Positions 23,793-31,914 of a stretch of 32,000 nt of DNA are shown piece after piece. A program made the translations under genes and the position numbers. Location: the NCBI GenBank assembly GCA_963722725.1, contig CAVROB010000013.1, positions 1,361,859-1,393,858 on the forward strand. The letters are read 5' to 3'. Origin of the DNA: an uncultured Acidobacteriota bacterium. Lineage in GTDB: Bacteria; Acidobacteriota; Terriglobia; Terriglobales; Acidobacteriaceae. Positions within the stretch are counted from its first letter, which is position 1. Every line of letters starts with the position of its first letter. The notes beneath the pieces were generated by a model. The model was not told the DNA's origin and did not search any database. It saw only the letters and a program-made list of their open reading frames with translations.

Positions 23793-25412
23793 CTACATCG
23801 TGATGATCTGGTGATCGAGACAGTCTGGCCGAATAGTTTCGTACACATCGCGCAGAAATTCCATCCCGTGGCGCGCGAGGAAATAGGCGGCCGCGATCTC
23901 GCGTTCCTGCAGAGCTTTGTTGGGATACAACAAATTGCTGAGGAAATCGGCCTTTCGCGTGAGAACTTCGGTTTGGCGAAGTTCGGCGCGAGCGGCTTTG
24001 GAGCGCAGTTGGCTGAACTGGTACTGCATCTTGGATGCGGCGTTGGTGGCCGAATCGACCAGGGTCGAATCCAGCTTGGCCAGCCCCTCACGAATGGCCG
24101 CCAGGGATTTTTCCAGCGACGACTCGGCTTGATCAAAAGCCAATTGCAATTCCTTCGGTAAGGTGCGGGAAGCCATCAGTTCGCGTAAGGCTTCTGGTCC
24201 GGGGAAGAGATCAGGCAAACGCAGTCCATAGCGTTCGAATAATGCCTTCGGCTTTGCCTCCAAGATGGTCGCAGAAAAACGCGAGACAATCGGAGTCACC
24301 CTTCCCAAGAGTGCTTCGTAAACAACAGCTACTTGAGCAAAGTAAGCAATTTCCGCCGATCCGCCGATGTAGGTCAGAGTGGGAAGGACGTAATCCTGAA
24401 TTACGGGCCGCAGTAAAGCGTTGCCACTGAAATTCTGCGGTGACGATGCAACGTGGCTCAGAAGTTCCGTCTGCGAAAGGTGTTCCTCGTCGATCACGAA
24501 GTCAGTGCTGCCGTTTCCATTGACCCGGCGATGCACCGGGACTCGAGCGCCATTTCGCAGCGTGAACAATAGGGTGGACGACGGTGTGACCTTGACTTGC
24601 TGATGGTAGCCGGCTGCCTCGAGCGCCGTGCCCCTGGCCAGGAGAGCCTCATCCAGTTCAGCCGCATGTTCGGCTGCAGCTCGGTAAATAGGCTCGGCAA
24701 TCGAGTGCAACTCTGGATCAGCCGCATCCAGAAGAATCACGCCCCAATCTGCAAAGAGTCGCGCGAACAAGCGGGCAAAGCCACTGCCAAGGGTCTCGTC
24801 CGGGCGATATGCCTCGCGAAGAAAATCAGAGATCTCGGAAGGCCCCAGCAGTCCCGAGGCAACTTCCACAACAGCCTGTATGTCCGCGCCCAATCGTAGT
24901 GTCCCCACGGGAGCGTCCTGCACACCAAATACCGACGCCGTCAGGTTCTGCGACGAGAAATCGGGTCCTGGAATTGCGACCTGATTCACTTCAGCCAGAT
25001 CATGGTCTTCTGTGGCCAGCCAGAAAACTGGCACGCAGTCGATGCCAGATCGAGTCGCGCGGTCGGCCAGTTTGACCGCGCTCAGCGCCTTGAAGATAGA
25101 AAACAGCGGGCCGCCGAAGAGTCCGACTTGCTGGCCGGTCACGACTGCCGAAGCGCCGGCTCGAAGTCGAGCAATATTTTCGACAGTCTTCTCGGATGCG
25201 CCCCACGATCGATTTTGGCGTTCGAGAATCGCGGAAACACGCTGTCGCCTTTCAGCATCGTAACGAAGATTCAACGCTTCGTCCTGAAACCATTGATCGA
25301 AGTATGCCGATCGTGGGTAGAACTGCTGCACTTTGGAATAGTCGGACAGGAAATCGCTAAAAATACGAGTCGTATGCGGAATCTGGCTGAAAGGCAGGCA
25401 CTCCGACTTCAC
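23793..25412 (-). CDS. bshC: bacillithiol biosynthesis cysteine-adding enzyme BshC
   Basis: 539 aa with VVTGQQVGLFGGPLFSIFKALSAVKLA...VPVFWLATEDHD, the N-terminal signature I associate with BshC (DUF2317). Confidence 0.85.
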   Translation of the reverse strand: MKSECLPFSQIPHTTRIFSDFLSDYSKVQQFYPRSAYFDQWFQDEALNLRYDAERRQRVSAILERQNRSWGASEKTVENIARLRAGASAVVTGQQVGLFGGPLFSIFKALSAVKLADRATRSGIDCVPVFWLATEDHDLAEVNQVAIPGPDFSSQNLTASVFGVQDAPVGTLRLGADIQAVVEVASGLLGPSEISDFLREAYRPDETLGSGFARLFARLFADWGVILLDAADPELHSIAEPIYRAAAEHAAELDEALLARGTALEAAGYHQQVKVTPSSTLLFTLRNGARVPVHRRVNGNGSTDFVIDEEHLSQTELLSHVASSPQNFSGNALLRPVIQDYVLPTLTYIGGSAEIAYFAQVAVVYEALLGRVTPIVSRFSATILEAKPKALFERYGLRLPDLFPGPEALRELMASRTLPKELQLAFDQAESSLEKSLAAIREGLAKLDSTLVDSATNAASKMQYQFSQLRSKAARAELRQTEVLTRKADFLSNLLYPNKALQEREIAAAYFLARHGMEFLRDVYETIRPDCLDHQIITM

Positions 25413-25588
25413 GGGCAGGTCTCCTGACAGCGTTGGACGATGAAATTCATGTTAAGTCAACGCCCAACTCTTAGTTGAGCGCTCTAAGTCAGATGTGGGC
25501 AACAGCGGGAAGATGCAAAAAACACGTCCGCCCGCCTAAAGTGAGTTCGCACTCCTGCCGATGTCTCAATCGTACGCAAAAAAGCCTC

Positions 25589-25948
25589 ATGCAAGCTGAC
25601 CTGAGTTCTGATAAGCCATCCGAAGTCGTGCCTGACCGGAGGCGGCATCCGCGCTATCGATTCAGTACCCCAATCACCATTCGATCTGCGGATGGGCTGG
25701 CCACGCGAGGAATCAGTATCGAAATCAGTCAAAGTGGTATGTCGGCGATCACGGCCGATTCGATGACCGTAAACGAGACTGTAGAATTGGAGCCGATTGC
25801 GTCCGGCAAAGTATCAGCCGTGGTGCATCGCGCCGTAGGCAGAGTTTACGGTTTTGAATTCCTAAACCTGACCCCCGAGCAAGGCCAGAAAATCACGGAA
25901 ATGTGCAAATCGCTTCCACTCTATCGAGGCAAGTCGCTCGGCATTTAG
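25589..25948 (+). CDS. PilZ-domain protein
   Basis: 119 aa from ATG 25589. It has the RRHPRY (RxxxR) motif followed by D/S-x-S-x-x-G (EISQSGMS). Confidence 0.75.
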   Translation: MQADLSSDKPSEVVPDRRRHPRYRFSTPITIRSADGLATRGISIEISQSGMSAITADSMTVNETVELEPIASGKVSAVVHRAVGRVYGFEFLNLTPEQGQKITEMCKSLPLYRGKSLGI

Positions 25949-26015
25949 GGGCGTTGTTTTACTTTCCTGCAACAAACGTACAGAAAGAGACCAGCTGTAG
26001 AAATTGGAGATACAG

Positions 26016-26441
26016 TCAAAGAATATCCGAGTGCAGCCCGGCGATGAATTGGATTCCGGGAATCACTTTGCCAATCAACTCGGTGTCATTGGTCAGGAAG
26101 AGATCGATGCGTGCCTGCGCGGCGCAAGCGAGATGAATGGCATCGGGGGCGGAAACCGATTGGCTAGCGCGAATGCTCGCATAGTGCTCCGCGGCTTCGA
26201 GGCCGAACGGAACGACTTCTACGAACGAAGAGCTAAAAACACTTAGCATCTTGGTTGCAACCTCCCGACTACCCGCCTTACGTGGACCAACGAGAGCTTC
26301 GCCGACGGCGAAGCTACTGGTGCAGAGCTGATCCTGCCGCTCTTCCATTTTCAGTAGCAGTTGGCGGACAAGTTTGGCGTAGCGCGGATGGTCCTCAATC
26401 CAGTAAACGAACAACATTGTGTCCCAATAAATTCGGCTCAT
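26016..26441 (-). CDS. vapC: PIN-domain ribonuclease toxin VapC
   Basis: 141 aa. IYWDTMLFVYW (first acidic residue), ...SSFAVGEAL, ...APDAIHLACA and LFLTNDTEL give a PIN acidic quartet arrangement. Its start overlaps the upstream gene's stop by 4 nt. Confidence 0.9.
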   Translation of the reverse strand: MSRIYWDTMLFVYWIEDHPRYAKLVRQLLLKMEERQDQLCTSSFAVGEALVGPRKAGSREVATKMLSVFSSSFVEVVPFGLEAAEHYASIRASQSVSAPDAIHLACAAQARIDLFLTNDTELIGKVIPGIQFIAGLHSDIL

Positions 26442-26881
26442 CGCTTGTCTGGCGCGCGGTCAGCCTCCCGGGCTTTCATCGCGCGGGAAAACTCCGCCCG
26501 CTCCCGGCGGAGATAAGCCTCGCCGCCGCCGAGGGATGCGAAGAGTTCTTTCCCAATGCCCCGAAGCGCCAGAAACGCGTCGATCCGTTCAGTGGGTCTT
26601 TTGCTGTCCTCAAATTCGTAGGTGAAAACGACCGTGGTGCTCTGTCCCGACGGTGGACCAGTTTTCGAGATCAGCCGGAGATGGTTTTCTGTTAAGAATT
26701 TCTTGGAGCCGAGAGCGGCGCACACGAGCGGAATGCGATTGTTCAGTGTCAAGGCCTTATGCACGGTTCCCACATGGATTGACACAGTTTTGTCGCCACG
26801 CCGCCGGGCCGCGGAAATGTACTCATCCGAAGCATGTCGGCGGACAAGGTCAGAATCAGAAATTGAGGTGGTCGTGTGCAT
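26438..26881 (-). CDS. VapC-associated putative antitoxin with atypical ~95-aa N-terminal domain
   Basis: 147 aa, ATGA-coupled to vapC. The C-terminal part (IDAFLALRGIGKELFASLGGGEAYLRRERAEF) resembles toxin-binding tails of PIN antitoxins. I do not recognise the N-terminal domain (SIHVGTVHKALTLNNRIPLVCAALGSKKF...TTVVFTYEF). Confidence 0.55.
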   Translation of the reverse strand: MHTTTSISDSDLVRRHASDEYISAARRRGDKTVSIHVGTVHKALTLNNRIPLVCAALGSKKFLTENHLRLISKTGPPSGQSTTVVFTYEFEDSKRPTERIDAFLALRGIGKELFASLGGGEAYLRRERAEFSRAMKAREADRAPDKR

Positions 26882-26894
26882 GCTTCCCCTTCTG

Positions 26895-26933
26895 TATGCA
26901 TGCTATTATTGCATTTGCATGCATATAATGCAA
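26895..26933. promoter_or_regulatory. palindrome-rich TGCAT/ATGCA operator-promoter candidate of the vapBC-like operon
   Basis: TATGCATGCtattaTTGCATttGCATGCATataATGCAA contains nested palindromes (ATGCAT, GCATGC, TTGCAT...ATGCAA). It lies 14-52 nt upstream of the antitoxin start. Confidence 0.45.
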
Positions 26934-27392
26934 GGGGTGTCCGTTTGGAATTAGCTTCACAACGAACGACGACCGAACGGAACTTTCGGAATCTGCTCAA
27001 GATGTACTCGCCCGGTGTCAAATGAAGTATGAGGCGGCCAGCCGGGATCGGCATCACAATCATCCTTTCCGGTTTAATTCTTGACTTTGCATTACGGTAC
27101 GTCTGGCAATTTGACGATGTATTCCCGTTCGTAGGGATTTTCGGATCTTAATCTTTTTCCCGCTGACATCCTTCTTCTAATCGGCTCTGCGTGGAACTGG
27201 ATGCAGAGGCACCATGAGTCGAACTTTCTCACTAAGCATTCCATCTCGGCTCCGAAAGCTGGAGACTTCTAAGCCGAGCCCAACCACCTGCCCGCCCTGA
27301 ACCTCCGGTTCACCCTCAAGCATCAAACATTTGACTTCCGCTTGACTGCAACCTAGTCTGGAAGTAGTTCTTTGCATGGTCCATCCCAAAAT

Positions 27393-27774
27393 GGGGGCGT
27401 CACGGCTTCGACGGAGATGCTTGCGGCCAAGAGGCATGCCGGGGTGCACACACCCGTAATCGTGGGCAAAATGATAATTGCCAATCAACAAATGGCATAC
27501 GCAGCCTAATTAATTAGGCAGCCGCTTTCCACCGCTTCGCCCTTGGGCGGTGAGCGAGCGTCACACAGAGGGCTGCTCTTCCCGGTTACGTCTGGGCCGG
27601 GAGGCTAAGATCTCAGGCTAGCGGCTAGCGTTTCTTGTCCGTTCTGAGCGTGGGCCGCGAACGTCTTGGGTAGGGTGGAAACGCCTAATGCCCGGGGCAT
27701 GAACCGGAATAAGCATGTAGTCTCTTGACCAGTAACATTTTCGGACGCGGGTTCGACTCCCGCCGCCTCCACCA
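27393..27774 (+). ncRNA. ssrA: tmRNA (ssrA), 382 nt with encoded CCA; predicted tag ANQQMAYAA (27480..27509)
   Basis: The 5' end is GGGGGCGTCACGGCTTCGACGG. The 3' end is GGACGCGGGTTCGACTCCCGCCGCCTCCACCA, with the acceptor pairing to the 5' end including G3:U. The internal ORF is GCC AAT CAA CAA ATG GCA TAC GCA GCC TAA. Confidence 0.9.
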
Positions 27775-28011
27775 TACTTATCCTAGTTTATTATCAATTT
27801 ATTACCAGATTTGCGGCGGTCCCTCGCCGCGCTCAAGGCGTTCATTACTGGCGCCCAAGGTTGAAGCTGCCCGAGACTTTGGCGTTGATCGATACCTTCG
27901 TCCAATAGATTCGTCGTCGCGCTTCTGCCAATCTCCCTTGAACAGTCACTCGCTCTGACATCGAAAGGGATATCAAATGGACCGCACAAATGGACGGAAA
28001 GAGATCACGGC

Positions 28012-28869
28012 GTGAACGCGCCTGTCGCGTCGAACACTCTGAGTGTGAACGTTTTTACCGCCCCGGGAAAGGCTATGGTCGGCGAGCGGCCAAAGCCCTT
28101 CGGCGAAGCGTTCGGCTTTGACCCGATCACGTCGACATTAATCTTCGGCGAGTACGACGCGGTGCTGGTAGACGCAATGACGACGGTGGCTGAGGCCGAG
28201 GCTCTCGCGGATTGGATCGCTCTGCACAACCGCAACCTGGAGACCATCTATATAACGCATGCCCATTTCGACCACTTCTACGGGCTGAGCATTCTGCTCG
28301 ACCGTTTCCCGGGCGCCCGGGCGATAGCAACGCCCAAGACGGTGGAGGCCATCACGCAGATTTATCTCTCTACGTCAGTGAAGCAGTTGGCCCGTCGTAT
28401 GTTTCCTGGGCAAATACCCGCGAAGTTGGTTGCCCCTGAGCCCTATGAGCAGAGCATGTTCACGCTCGAGGGCCACGAATTGCGCATCATCGAGCAGGGC
28501 CGCACCGATTGCCCCGATTCGACGTCTCTGCACGTTCCATCGATCGGCCTGATCGTCGCCGGCGACGTTGTGTACAACCAATGCCGCATGTACGTCGGCG
28601 ACACCACCCCCGAGAGCCGAAAGAATTGGATCGCGGACCTGGACCGGTTAGCAGCGCTGAACCCGACGATGGTTGTCGCCGGTCACAAGAAGCCGGGCGC
28701 GCCCGACTCTCCCTCGACGATCCAGGACACCAAGCGTTACCTCGAGGACTTCGATCGGCTGCAGAAAACCGCGACGTCCGACCAGGAGCTGTTCGATCAG
28801 ATGACGGAGCTATACCCGCATTGGGTAGCCAATCAGTCGTGGTTGATGTTTGGATTCCCGGGGGCATAA
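28012..28869 (+). CDS. MBL-fold metallo-hydrolase
   Basis: 285 aa (GTG start; exact start uncertain) with the ITHAHFDHFYG motif and a downstream VAGD/H pattern. Confidence 0.85.
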   Translation: MNAPVASNTLSVNVFTAPGKAMVGERPKPFGEAFGFDPITSTLIFGEYDAVLVDAMTTVAEAEALADWIALHNRNLETIYITHAHFDHFYGLSILLDRFPGARAIATPKTVEAITQIYLSTSVKQLARRMFPGQIPAKLVAPEPYEQSMFTLEGHELRIIEQGRTDCPDSTSLHVPSIGLIVAGDVVYNQCRMYVGDTTPESRKNWIADLDRLAALNPTMVVAGHKKPGAPDSPSTIQDTKRYLEDFDRLQKTATSDQELFDQMTELYPHWVANQSWLMFGFPGA

Positions 28870-28914
28870 CTCGCCCATGTCAGAAATAGATTCGATTTCA
28901 AAAAGGAGAACAAA

Positions 28915-29727
28915 ATGACAACAAAAGGAAAAGTCTTGGTGTTGGTTTCGAGCGGTCGCGGTTTGCCCTTGAAAGATGGCAAGGTTTACAAGGGCGCCGG
29001 CTACTACCTCAACGAGCTGACGGTTCCGGTTCGCGCCCTGATGAAGGAAGGCTACGAAATCACTTTCGCCAACCCCAAAGGCAACGCGCCCCAAGTGGAT
29101 GTGCATTCAGAGGTCGCCGATTTCTTCGGCGGGGACGCGGCCAAGCTTCAGGACTATATGTTATTCCGCGACGGCCTGGCTGGGCTCAGAGATCCAACCC
29201 GCATCGCGGATGTCATCGCATCGGGCCTGGATCAATATGACGCTGTCTTCGTCCCCGGCGGCCACGGTCCGATGATCGATCTTCTCGATGATCCCAATGC
29301 CGGCATAGTGATGAGACACTTTCACGAAACATCCAAGCCTACGGCTGTGCTCTGCCATGGCCCGATTTCACTACTCTCGGCTCTCCCGAATTCGACCGAG
29401 GTGGTGGCCGCGCTGAGTGCGGGTGATGCCGCGGGAGCGCACGCAAAGGCTCAAGGCTGGATCTATGCTGGATATAAGATGACTATCTTTTCGACAGCGG
29501 AAGAGCAGCAGCGGGAGCCGCTTGAGATTGGTGGCAAGGTTCTGTTCTACCCGGACTTCGCCCTGCAGACGGCGGGCGGTAACGTAAGTGTGCTCGCTCC
29601 GTGGTCGAGCTATGTCATTCAGGATCGCGAGCTGATCTCCGGTCAGAACCCGTTCTCTGATCAAGCGCTTCTGAAACTTCTTCTACCGGCACTTGATGGA
29701 AAGAAGAAGTCGGTTTCAGCGGCATAG
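28915..29727 (+). CDS. DJ-1/PfpI (class I glutamine amidotransferase-like) family protein
   Basis: 270 aa with KVLVLVSS..., YDAVFVPGGHGPMIDL and the nucleophile-elbow motif AVLCHGP. AAAAGGAG lies upstream of the start. Confidence 0.85.
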   Translation: MTTKGKVLVLVSSGRGLPLKDGKVYKGAGYYLNELTVPVRALMKEGYEITFANPKGNAPQVDVHSEVADFFGGDAAKLQDYMLFRDGLAGLRDPTRIADVIASGLDQYDAVFVPGGHGPMIDLLDDPNAGIVMRHFHETSKPTAVLCHGPISLLSALPNSTEVVAALSAGDAAGAHAKAQGWIYAGYKMTIFSTAEEQQREPLEIGGKVLFYPDFALQTAGGNVSVLAPWSSYVIQDRELISGQNPFSDQALLKLLLPALDGKKKSVSAA

Positions 29728-29767
29728 GGAAAAATTGGGACAGGTTCCCAGCTTTTTACGAATCCGA

Positions 29768-29900
29768 GGGTGCCCCATTTCTCGCGTTCTTTGCGAGAAG
29801 TGGGGATTTTGACATACAGCTCACGATAAGCCCGGGCTCGCGCCAATGTTCATCCGTTGGCGGGAGTAAATCGGCGGAGCGCGGGCTGAGGGTTGGTAGG
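29768..29900 (+). repeat. composite REP-type repeat, family 2, copy A (~133 bp)
   Basis: GGGTGCCCCATTTCTCGCgttctttGCGAGAAGTGGGGATTTTGAC...GGTTGGTAGG. The core hairpin is at 29773..29805. It is near-identical to copy C. Confidence 0.8.
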
Positions 29901-29956
29901 AAACCTTGATTCAGAGTTCACGTACGAAAGAGAATAGACAAGCGAGCCCGGTGTGA

Positions 29957-30166
29957 TTAGCGGCCTTCCAGATTCTTCAACCGGTCTGACATAGCCTCAA
30001 CCTCGGCATCCAGTGCGCGAATTGCTGCGGCGTGGCTCTTCTGACGCAATTCCACCGGGGATGCCCACTTGTGAAACTCGGTGAGAAGAGCGGTCTCCAC
30101 CTTCTCTAACCGCTGGCTAATCCACTGTTTGTCTTCTTCGGTTAGCACATCTTGATTATAGGACAT
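29957..30166 (-). CDS. small coiled-coil protein (69 aa), unknown function
   Basis: Start taken at MSYNQDVLTEEDKQWISQRLEKVETALLTEFHKW.... The track ORF's N-terminal extension runs into repeat copy B and is rejected. Confidence 0.45.
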   Translation of the reverse strand: MSYNQDVLTEEDKQWISQRLEKVETALLTEFHKWASPVELRQKSHAAAIRALDAEVEAMSDRLKNLEGR

Positions 30167-30293
30167 AGGTCGAATCTGACCAGAAGGTTTTCTTGGGGCG
30201 GTGCTTGCCGACGGCCGTGACCGCCGGGTCAACGCGAATCGCCGGGCCCGTAAGCCCTTTGTTTCAAGTGCTGCAATACTTAGGCCGGGTGCC

Positions 30294-30375
30294 GGGTGCC
30301 CCATTTCTCGCGTTCTTTGCGAGAAGTGGGGCTTTTGACTTACAGCTCACGATAGGCCCAGCCAGTGTTCATCAG
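30294..30375 (+). repeat. composite REP-type repeat, family 2, copy B (truncated/diverged)
   Basis: It has the same hairpin core and ...TTTTGACTTACAGCTCACGATAGGCCCA, then diverges. It is preceded by a tandem CCGGGTG CCGGGTG. Confidence 0.75.
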
Positions 30376-30414
30376 TCACAGACATGACCTCGCATCGTTG
30401 CATAGGGTTTCTTC

Positions 30415-30930
30415 ATGCCCTGGGGCCTGAAGCGTTATTACGGCACGGGAAGCCTCCATTTCATCACGTGGAGCTGCTACCGGCGCAAGCCGCTCCTGGG
30501 AGATCCCGCGCGCCGCGACCTTTTACTCGCTGTCCTCGAACTGATGCGCGTTCGCTATCGGTTTGCCGTGATCGGATACGTGGTCATGCCCGAACACATA
30601 CATCTGCTGATTTCCGAACCCTTGATTGGCGATCCCTCGAAGATAGTTCAGGCCGTGAAGTTGAGCGTCTCCCGGCGGCTGGCTATTGGAGGCGAATTCT
30701 CCGGCCGCTTCTGGCAGAGTCGTTTCTACGATTTCAATCTCTGGAGCCCGCAGAAAGAGGTTGAGAAACTGACGTACATGCATCGCAATCCGGTGGTGCG
30801 CGGACTGGTGACGAGTCCGGAGGATTGGCGGTGGAGTAGCTACCGCTCCTATGCTTACGGAGAGGCGGGATTGGTTCGGATCAACGATTGGACTTGGTGG
30901 GAGCAGAAAATTCGACGGCGCGCGGGCTGA
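30415..30930 (+). CDS. REP-associated tyrosine transposase (RAYT), second copy, different lineage from RAYT-1
   Basis: 171 aa with HFITWSCY, an HUH motif (MPEHIHLLI) and a Tyr motif (LTYMHRNPVVRGLV). It sits between family-2 repeat copies B and C. Confidence 0.9.
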   Translation: MPWGLKRYYGTGSLHFITWSCYRRKPLLGDPARRDLLLAVLELMRVRYRFAVIGYVVMPEHIHLLISEPLIGDPSKIVQAVKLSVSRRLAIGGEFSGRFWQSRFYDFNLWSPQKEVEKLTYMHRNPVVRGLVTSPEDWRWSSYRSYAYGEAGLVRINDWTWWEQKIRRRAG

Positions 30931-30956
30931 GGTTCAAGAACGCATTCAAAATCAGA

Positions 30957-30995
30957 CTTGGGTGCTTGGGCGCTTGGGTGCTTGGGTGCTGGGTG
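30957..30995 (+). repeat. tandem octamer array (CTTGGGTG x4 plus CTGGGTG) abutting the hairpin of repeat copy C
   Basis: CTTGGGTG CTTGGGCG CTTGGGTG CTTGGGTG CTGGGTG CCCC..., read directly from the sequence. Confidence 0.8.
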
Positions 30996-31125
30996 CCCCA
31001 TTTCTCGCGTTCTTTGCGAGAAGTGGGGATTTTGACTTACAGCTCACGATAAGCCCAGGCTCGCGCCAATGTTCATCCGTTGGCGGGAGTAGAAATCGGC
31101 GGAGCGCCGGCTGAGGGTTGGTAGG
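30991..31125 (+). repeat. composite REP-type repeat, family 2, copy C (~135 bp)
   Basis: It aligns end to end with copy A by eye, with a handful of substitutions and a 1-nt indel. Confidence 0.8.
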
Positions 31126-31135
31126 GTGTCGGCGC

Positions 31136-31177
31136 AAATCCCCACTTCTCGCAAACAACGCGAGAAATGGGGCACCC
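31136..31177 (-). repeat. family 2 hairpin core, inverted copy D
   Basis: AAATCCCCACTTCTCGCaaacaacGCGAGAAATGGGGCACCC is the reverse complement of the core. Together with copy C it forms a ~190-bp unit with ~42-bp terminal inverted repeats. Confidence 0.75.
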
Positions 31178-31363
31178 GGCTTCCAGACGTGAACGTCCTC
31201 AGTCTTTTCCAATCCATACGTTGGTGTGGGTCGATACGTTCGTCCAATAGACTCGTCGCCACGGTTATGGCTTAATTGGGGTGTCGCTGATAAGAGCAAT
31301 TGTGAGCGCTGCAACCATCGCGCCTCACATTCGGCGGACACTATATCGGGATAGGAGCCGTCA

Positions 31364-31810
31364 ATGAACGCCGTACAAATCGACCAGAAGAGCTATGAGA
31401 TGCCCCCGAAAGAGGGGATCAGCATCGCGCATTTTCTCACCGTCGCCGACGTCAACCGGTCGGCTCACTACTACGAAAAGGTCTTCGGCGCTCGCATTCT
31501 GACCATGGGTGACGGCAACGCGCCTCCGTACCTTCAGCTGGCGAATATCTGGATGATTCTGAACGTTGGCGGCGGGCCGACCCCGGATAAGCCGACCGTA
31601 ACGCTCAGCGTTCCCGACCCGAATCACATCACCAGCTTTATGAATTTCCGGGTGGCGGATATTCAAGCGTGCTATGAATTATGGAAGAGTCGAGGAGCCG
31701 AGTTCATCACGCCGCCGATCCCCAAGTACGGCGAGATACGCTGCTACATCCGCGATCCTGATGGCTACATCATCGAAGTCGGACAGAGCACCGCGCTGAA
31801 GTACGGTTAA
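31364..31810 (+). CDS. VOC-family (glyoxalase/bleomycin-resistance/dioxygenase) protein
   Basis: 148 aa. HFLTVADVNRSAHYYEKVFG..., ...MNFRVADIQACYELWKSRGAEF... and CYIRDPDGYIIEV give a typical VOC beta-alpha-beta-beta-beta pattern. Confidence 0.8.
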   Translation: MNAVQIDQKSYEMPPKEGISIAHFLTVADVNRSAHYYEKVFGARILTMGDGNAPPYLQLANIWMILNVGGGPTPDKPTVTLSVPDPNHITSFMNFRVADIQACYELWKSRGAEFITPPIPKYGEIRCYIRDPDGYIIEVGQSTALKYG

Positions 31811-31871
31811 TCCTCGGCCCGGACGGGATGCCGATTTAAACGCTTCGTTTGGCCGATCCAAACAAACAGGG

Positions 31872-31914
31872 CCAGTAGCGGGCTACTTTGAAATGACAGT
31901 AGCCCGACTACTGG
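31872..31914. other. imperfect 16-bp-stem hairpin downstream of the VOC gene
   Basis: CCAGTAGCGGGCTACT-ttgaaatgac-AGTAGCCCGACTACTGG with one bulged A. No U-tract follows, so terminator function is uncertain. Confidence 0.3.

Noticed and set aside
27775-27830. Classical ssrA-integrated island with attR duplicating the tmRNA 3' end
   Set aside because: I could not find a second copy of the tmRNA 3' terminal sequence (GGTTCGACTCCCGCCGCCTCCACCA) or an integrase gene in the window. The only downstream direct repeat is unrelated to ssrA.
27177-27958. ORFs 27177..27491 (-) and 27725..27958 (+)
   Set aside because: They overlap the tmRNA 5' domain and tag region and the tmRNA 3' tRNA-like end, respectively. 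The tmRNA call accounts for the conservation-like appearance.
30957-30995. Possible CRISPR-like or minisatellite array
   Set aside because: The units are only 7-8 nt, directly tandem, with no spacers and no cas genes. They are better explained as reiteration of the REP hairpin foot.
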